IMG/VR virus record: IMGVR_UViG_3300020469_005555 | Location: 1-61,117 of that record | From: a virus | Taxonomy: Duplodnaviria > Caudoviricetes | Reading direction: 5' to 3' (one strand) | DNA: 61,117 bases | In this document: positions 57,416-61,117 of the stretch, piece after piece | Numbering within the stretch: position 1 is the stretch's first letter | Layout of the letters: each line of letters opens with the position of its first letter | Position numbers and translations under genes: made by a program | Notes under the pieces: generated by a model | Told to the model about the DNA's origin: nothing | The model's database searches: none | The model's input: the letters and a program-made list of their open reading frames with translations, nothing else

Positions 57416-58012
57416 TTATTGTCTAGAAGTGAACTGAAAACGTGAGACGTCAGTTATAGGCGATATCTCGACCTGATAACTTTTGTCCTGAACACTATTC
57501 AATCGCAAATAACGAGAAACCTGAGAGGCACACTTCGTGTAGAAGTGATCGCTTTGTAGTAACTCGAGAATCTCAGGTTCAGAAAACTTGCCCGGAAATA
57601 TTTTACTTGTCGCTGTGTGGATCTTCCAACTTGCAATATATTCTTCATCACGCACGTGATTCTTGAAATCAGGCAATAAACTGAGGTTAGCGATGGCTCC
57701 CCGGATATTCGCCGGATTCTTTTTTACGTAAAACTTAAAGCGATTTTTCTTCGGGAAATACGCGACAACAACTGACAAAGGCTCCACTAGTGGATTATGG
57801 TCGACCTTGCTATGTTGTGTAAGGTCATCGATACGATCAGCACGAATTCCTTTTTCTTTTGTACTATCGACTGAAACGATAACACGATGTGGATCGATTA
57901 CTCGCCCCATTGCACCGACTCGGCACGTGTAAAAGTTCTGCACTGGCATTCCGTCCAGTGTGTTGAATATGTCTAACAATTGTATGAGGTCATTTGGAAT
58001 ACTATTTTTCAT
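57416..58012 (-). CDS. Hypothetical protein, first gene of the viperin operon
   Basis: AGGAG RBS; 12-bp gap to viperin. Confidence 0.75.
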   Translation of the reverse strand: MKNSIPNDLIQLLDIFNTLDGMPVQNFYTCRVGAMGRVIDPHRVIVSVDSTKEKGIRADRIDDLTQHSKVDHNPLVEPLSVVVAYFPKKNRFKFYVKKNPANIRGAIANLSLLPDFKNHVRDEEYIASWKIHTATSKIFPGKFSEPEILELLQSDHFYTKCASQVSRYLRLNSVQDKSYQVEISPITDVSRFQFTSRQ

Positions 58013-58119
58013 TGCAATCTCCTATGCTTAAATTTTTGTTTATAGTATTGTTTGCCATATGACCCTGACAAGGCACCGCACGCCCAACGGTCGCTGAAAG
58101 TGTTAGCGTTAACATTAAT

Positions 58120-58148
58120 ATCATACACCGTTTCTATCACGGTTACAA
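58120..58148 (-). promoter_or_regulatory. sigma70-type promoter TTGTAA-N17-TATGAT driving the viperin operon
   Basis: Match to the recurring motif ~100 nt upstream of the 58012 ATG. Confidence 0.7.
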
Positions 58149-58157
58149 TAGTTTTTT

Positions 58158-58188
58158 AAAATTTTCCGGAGAAATTTTTGTGAGAATT
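58158..58188. repeat. Copy 2 of the intergenic element
   Basis: aaaattttccggagaaatttttgtgagaatt. Confidence 0.9.
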
Positions 58189-58194
58189 TAAAGC

Positions 58195-58482
58195 TTAAGC
58201 TGTTCCACCGGTTCCGTCGTCAGCAAGACCCTCATACCATGCTCTCCAAGCTGGGTCTTTCTTTAAGAATTCACCCAACGACTTTAAAGCATCCTCACTT
58301 ACATCACTCAACACACCCGGACGATCTGGAGGTCCATTCCACCAGTCACCATCCAACTCACCAAATACACGACGCATCTCTTCTTCTCGATACATGTCGT
58401 AAGGTGGACCATCAGCTTCGCTTATAAGTGCACTTACCTCTTCTAATAACATGTTTTGTAATTGTCTTCTTGTTAATCTCAT
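58195..58482 (-). CDS. Small acidic protein with MRLTRRQLQ.MLLEE leader
   Basis: GGAG RBS; AGATAGTTATA upstream. Confidence 0.75.
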   Translation of the reverse strand: MRLTRRQLQNMLLEEVSALISEADGPPYDMYREEEMRRVFGELDGDWWNGPPDRPGVLSDVSEDALKSLGEFLKKDPAWRAWYEGLADDGTGGTA

Positions 58483-58500
58483 TATATCTCCAATGTTGTA

Positions 58501-58561
58501 TATAACTATCTAAAGGTTCACCAAAAGTTCAAAAGAAATTTTTGTGAGAAATTAGGCAATG
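58501..58561. repeat. Copy 3 of the intergenic element, with linked TATAACTATCT
   Basis: tataactatct-aaagg...agaaatttttgtgagaaattaggcaatg. Confidence 0.9.
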
Positions 58562-58569
58562 CTTAAGGC

Positions 58570-58872
58570 TTATATGAGATTATATTTTTGTCGTAAAGCA
58601 ATCGATATGTAACTCTCAACATCGTATAACGCGTCCCTGAGTTCATCTGGGTTTAATGCATCTTGAAGTGTATATATCGCGCTTCTTGCATCTTGAGTCT
58701 CAGGACTGTCATCATTACCCACAACCATTAAGAGACCCTCGATAACTGCATCCGACGCTGGGAAGCTAGTTTGACTAGCGAGTGTATCTTGCTGTTTCAT
58801 ACCGCGGCCGTACGCAGCCGCTGACATTTCTTGCAAGATCATTTTTCTAATGTGTTTTCTGTTGAGTTTCAT
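58570..58872 (-). CDS. Small protein with MKLNRKHIRKMILQE leader
   Basis: AGGAG RBS; AGATAGTTATA upstream. Confidence 0.75.
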   Translation of the reverse strand: MKLNRKHIRKMILQEMSAAAYGRGMKQQDTLASQTSFPASDAVIEGLLMVVGNDDSPETQDARSAIYTLQDALNPDELRDALYDVESYISIALRQKYNLI

Positions 58873-58891
58873 CGTGTCTCCTGCTATACAC

Positions 58892-58952
58892 TATAACTAT
58901 CTCAAAGGCACCCAAAATTTCCGGAGAAATTTTTGTGAGAAATTAGTCAATG
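58892..58952. repeat. Copy 4 of the intergenic element, with linked TATAACTATCT
   Basis: tataactatct-caaagg...aaaatttccggagaaatttttgtgagaaattagtcaatg. Confidence 0.9.
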
Positions 58953-59177
58953 TCCACTGTCTGGCGTGCAGAAAAAGGCCCTAAAACTTTTATTGCTGCT
59001 GTGTGTTCGTATATTCCGGTAAGTTAATCAAAAAATGCCCGTGTAGTAAAATTGTACTTAGGCCCAGCTGGGCTATGGCCCCCTGCCGGTGGGCATTATA
59101 GGGGCCCGCGCGCCTAGGGCCCGCCCTCCGGGGGTCAGAGAGGGGCTCAAATAGGGGCCCAAAATAGGCCCTCGATA

Positions 59178-59206
59178 GTGTAACCGGGATCGCCCTGTGG
59201 TATAAT
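59178..59206 (+). promoter_or_regulatory. Promoter GTGTAA-N17-TATAAT (extended TGG -10)
   Basis: Direct match; first of two tandem copies. Confidence 0.8.
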
Positions 59207-59271
59207 AATAATGTCCACCCCACTCGAACTGGGGCACATAGGACAGGCACCGGAGGGGATCGGCTCCAAAA

Positions 59272-59300
59272 GTGTAACAGTATTCCAACTGTGGTATACT
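59272..59300 (+). promoter_or_regulatory. Promoter GTGTAA-N17-TATACT (extended TGG -10)
   Basis: Direct match; second tandem copy, also followed by GTCCACCC. Confidence 0.8.
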
Positions 59301-59351
59301 AAATAAGTCCACCCGGACAAATAACCAATAACCATAACCAACGGAGTCATT

Positions 59352-59765
59352 ATGACTAATATGAAAGCCCTTACAAACCTTCTTGTTGAAGGTGTTCTTA
59401 CCCAATCTGAGTTTGATCGTTTCGAAAAGCGAGTCCAACGCGCCGAAGCCAAGGCAGCCGAACACCTCCTGGTGGTTGGTCTGAGCCAAGAGGTGGTAGC
59501 CTTTGTGATCCCAGGTACCCAGTACAAAATCAGTGACCTGGTTCTCGGTGTGATGTCGATCAAAGCACCTTGTCACGGTTACAAAGAGACCGCTGAAGAA
59601 CGTAAGTTCCGTGACGGTGTGGCCAAGCCTCGTATGATCGCTGCCTTGGAATTGTTGGGCGCTGATAAACACGGAACTGGAGCCCAAACCCGTTACAGTA
59701 TTGGACAAGCCGAAGCTGCTGAGCTCGCCCCGGTAACTGAGGTTGAGGCAACTGAAGAGAGCTAA
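59352..59765 (+). CDS. Hypothetical protein, probably an early, highly expressed gene
   Basis: Two promoters, GGAG RBS and a strong terminator define a monocistronic unit. Confidence 0.85.
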   Translation: MTNMKALTNLLVEGVLTQSEFDRFEKRVQRAEAKAAEHLLVVGLSQEVVAFVIPGTQYKISDLVLGVMSIKAPCHGYKETAEERKFRDGVAKPRMIAALELLGADKHGTGAQTRYSIGQAEAAELAPVTEVEATEES

Positions 59766-59792
59766 GGCCTCTCGGATCTGAGATGATCCACA

Positions 59793-59818
59793 CCCCACCG
59801 AAAGGTGGGGTTTTTTTT
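59793..59818 (+). terminator. Rho-independent terminator with GAAA tetraloop
   Basis: CCCCACC-GAAA-GGTGGGG-T8. Confidence 0.95.
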
Positions 59819-59858
59819 GGCTTCCGTACGAGACTAGTCGCTCTCCGCTCCTCCCTGA

Positions 59859-60497
59859 GCGCGAGACAGCGAAAGGACGGTGTTGTGTTCATTGTCCGGG
59901 CGCGAGATACTTAGGGATATGCAACCTCCTCACGTGCCTCCGCCGCGTCTCACTCCCCATCTCCGACCGGGATTCTTGATTGAATGGTCTGATGATCGAT
60001 CGGGTGTGAGATACATTGGGATCATCTTGGCTGTTCACTTCCACGGGATAGCCGAACCGTTAGAGCACTATGTGACCGTATTATCTCCTTGGGGTGATAC
60101 GGTTTTCGTGCGTCAGATAACTGATGTGCTAGCTATTATGCATAACTCTCTATTCCTCTTCCGCGCGAGATGACGCTACCATAGCTCCCAGATCCGGAAG
60201 TCTGTGATGTAGATATATGCCGAGAGCGCGATCACTCCTGTCCAAGCGAGAGCGCGAGCTAGTGTGCTAGCACATCCCGGATCTTCGTGCGCGAGATGAT
60301 TTGTGTCCTGCAATGTTGCCTCCTCTGCGAGATGACTCGCGTGTAAAAAGTGCCGTGCGCGAGATGATCATCCGCGAGATACATTTTCCTCGGGGCGCGA
60401 GATCAGACGTGCGCGAGCTGTCTAGTCCTCCTGTCGGTGTATACCCACCACTGTCCTTCCAGAGTTACCAACTCTGTCACCGCTCCCTTGCGCGAGA
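59859..60497 (+). repeat. Array of co-oriented GCGCGAG(A) motifs
   Basis: Exact copies starting at 59859, 59900, 60163, 60252, 60289, 60357, 60395, 60411 and 60490, plus near-matches. Confidence 0.85.
59919..60173 (+). CDS. Possible small phage protein (SH3-like pattern)
   Basis: ATG at 59919 just after ATACTTA; LRPGFLIEW.....YIGIILAV pattern. Confidence 0.45.
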   Translation: MQPPHVPPPRLTPHLRPGFLIEWSDDRSGVRYIGIILAVHFHGIAEPLEHYVTVLSPWGDTVFVRQITDVLAIMHNSLFLFRAR

Positions 60498-60557
60498 CAT
60501 CTAGTCCTCCAGCGCGCGGAAGCTTAACACCAACCACGGAGTTTATTCGAATGTAAG

Positions 60558-60641
60558 TGCCTCGGGCCGGACTTGAACCGGCACAGCTGTACAGCCGTCA
60601 GATTTTAAGTCTGATGTGTCTACCTATTCCACCACCGAGGC
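60558..60641 (-). tRNA. trnL: tRNA-Leu, anticodon UAA (CCA not encoded)
   Basis: GCCTCGG/CCGAGGC acceptor stem, GGTAGAC D-loop, TCAGA-CTTAAAA-TCTGA anticodon arm, long variable arm, GTTCAAGTC T-loop. Confidence 0.95.
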
Positions 60642-60679
60642 ATATGAGTTCTAAGGGTCCATCTCCATCTCCTATATCT

Positions 60680-60709
60680 AGTATACCACGCCTCCCCCGA
60701 GCTTTACAC
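60680..60709 (-). promoter_or_regulatory. Promoter for tRNA-Leu: GTGTAA-N18-TATACT (extended TGG -10)
   Basis: Match to the recurring motif ~40 nt upstream of the tRNA. Confidence 0.7.
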
Positions 60710-61117
60710 TATCCCGAATCACTTTTTGCGGCAACCCGCCCCGGCGAAGACTCATAAAAGTACTGTCCGTCGTGTAATGATTTAGGCAAAGTGACTCGCC
60801 GAGTTCCTCTGATCTTGCGCGCTTAGTCCGAACTGACGACTGAGCAGATCTCAAAGATACACAGTGAGACAGGATGTCAAAAGTAGATACCCTTATTCAT
60901 AGTGATCCAAGACTCCAGGTACCGCCTTATTACGAGCCTGACTGTGGTTCTTTGACCACTGCGGTTCTGATGTTGTGTACAAGTTTTCATTGTGCGAGTC
61001 CTGAGATGAGAGAGATGATTTGTTCGGGTGTTTCGAGTACGTGAATGTGGCCGCCGAGTCGTCCCGCTCCCCACGTGATTTCAGTGATATCGGGACAGTC
61101 TGCTGGTCCTAGTTCTA

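Noticed and set aside
58013-58113. c-di-GMP-I or other riboswitch in the viperin operon leader (GGCAAAC present)
   Set aside because: The remaining conserved elements are missing
56032-58952. Intergenic repeats as a CRISPR array
   Set aside because: The intervals are whole genes or operons of 0.3-2 kb, the repeats are degenerate, and there is no cas operon
58990-59892. Minus-strand ORFs 58990..59250, 59073..59798, 59147..59563 and 59560..59892
   Set aside because: They overlap the plus-strand unit that has promoters, an RBS and a terminator; long spurious ORFs are expected at this GC content
60301-60504. 67-aa plus-strand ORF across the GCGCGAG array
   Set aside because: TTG start with no RBS, and the array extends outside the ORF
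60557-60757. 66-aa ORF MPRAGLEPAQ...
   Set aside because: This is the antisense reading of tRNA-Leu
60877-61074. 65-aa minus-strand ORF
   Set aside because: No clear RBS or motif; cannot be supported
1-61117. Bacterial chromosome, eukaryotic giant virus, or stop-codon recoding
   Set aside because: Baseplate and sigma-like genes with SD sites and sigma70-type promoters indicate a tailed phage; ORFs tile densely under the standard code

Overview
This window looks like a 61 kb segment of a large (jumbo-type) myovirus genome. It is AT-rich over most of its length, densely coding, and mostly transcribed on the minus strand. From left to right it holds: (1) baseplate genes (gp6-, gp25- and probable gp5-like) and a gp55/sigma-region-2-like factor; (2) a ~29 kb sugar and small-molecule biosynthesis island with ~10 glycosyltransferase-like genes, ahcY, ugd, glf, an ADP-heptose module with a GT9, three radical SAM enzymes, and an adjacent aminotransferase / sugar-phosphate cyclase / BtrN-like radical SAM triad resembling the aminocyclitol (2-deoxystreptamine) pathway; (3) a repeat-containing fibre protein, PIN-PhoH, a stand-alone sigma region 4 protein, an Hc1-like protein, a degenerate GroEL-like protein, a complete yeaH-spoVR-prkA module, UvsE and proteases; (4) a set of probable virion-internal proteins sharing an N-terminal leader, one of them a muramidase-phosphatase-SGNH fusion; (5) a cassette-like array delimited by a repeated palindromic element, containing a viperin operon; (6) a GC-rich right end with tandem promoters, an oriented GCGCGAG array and tRNA-Leu(UAA). 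All functional calls come from motifs recognised by eye; no searches were run.
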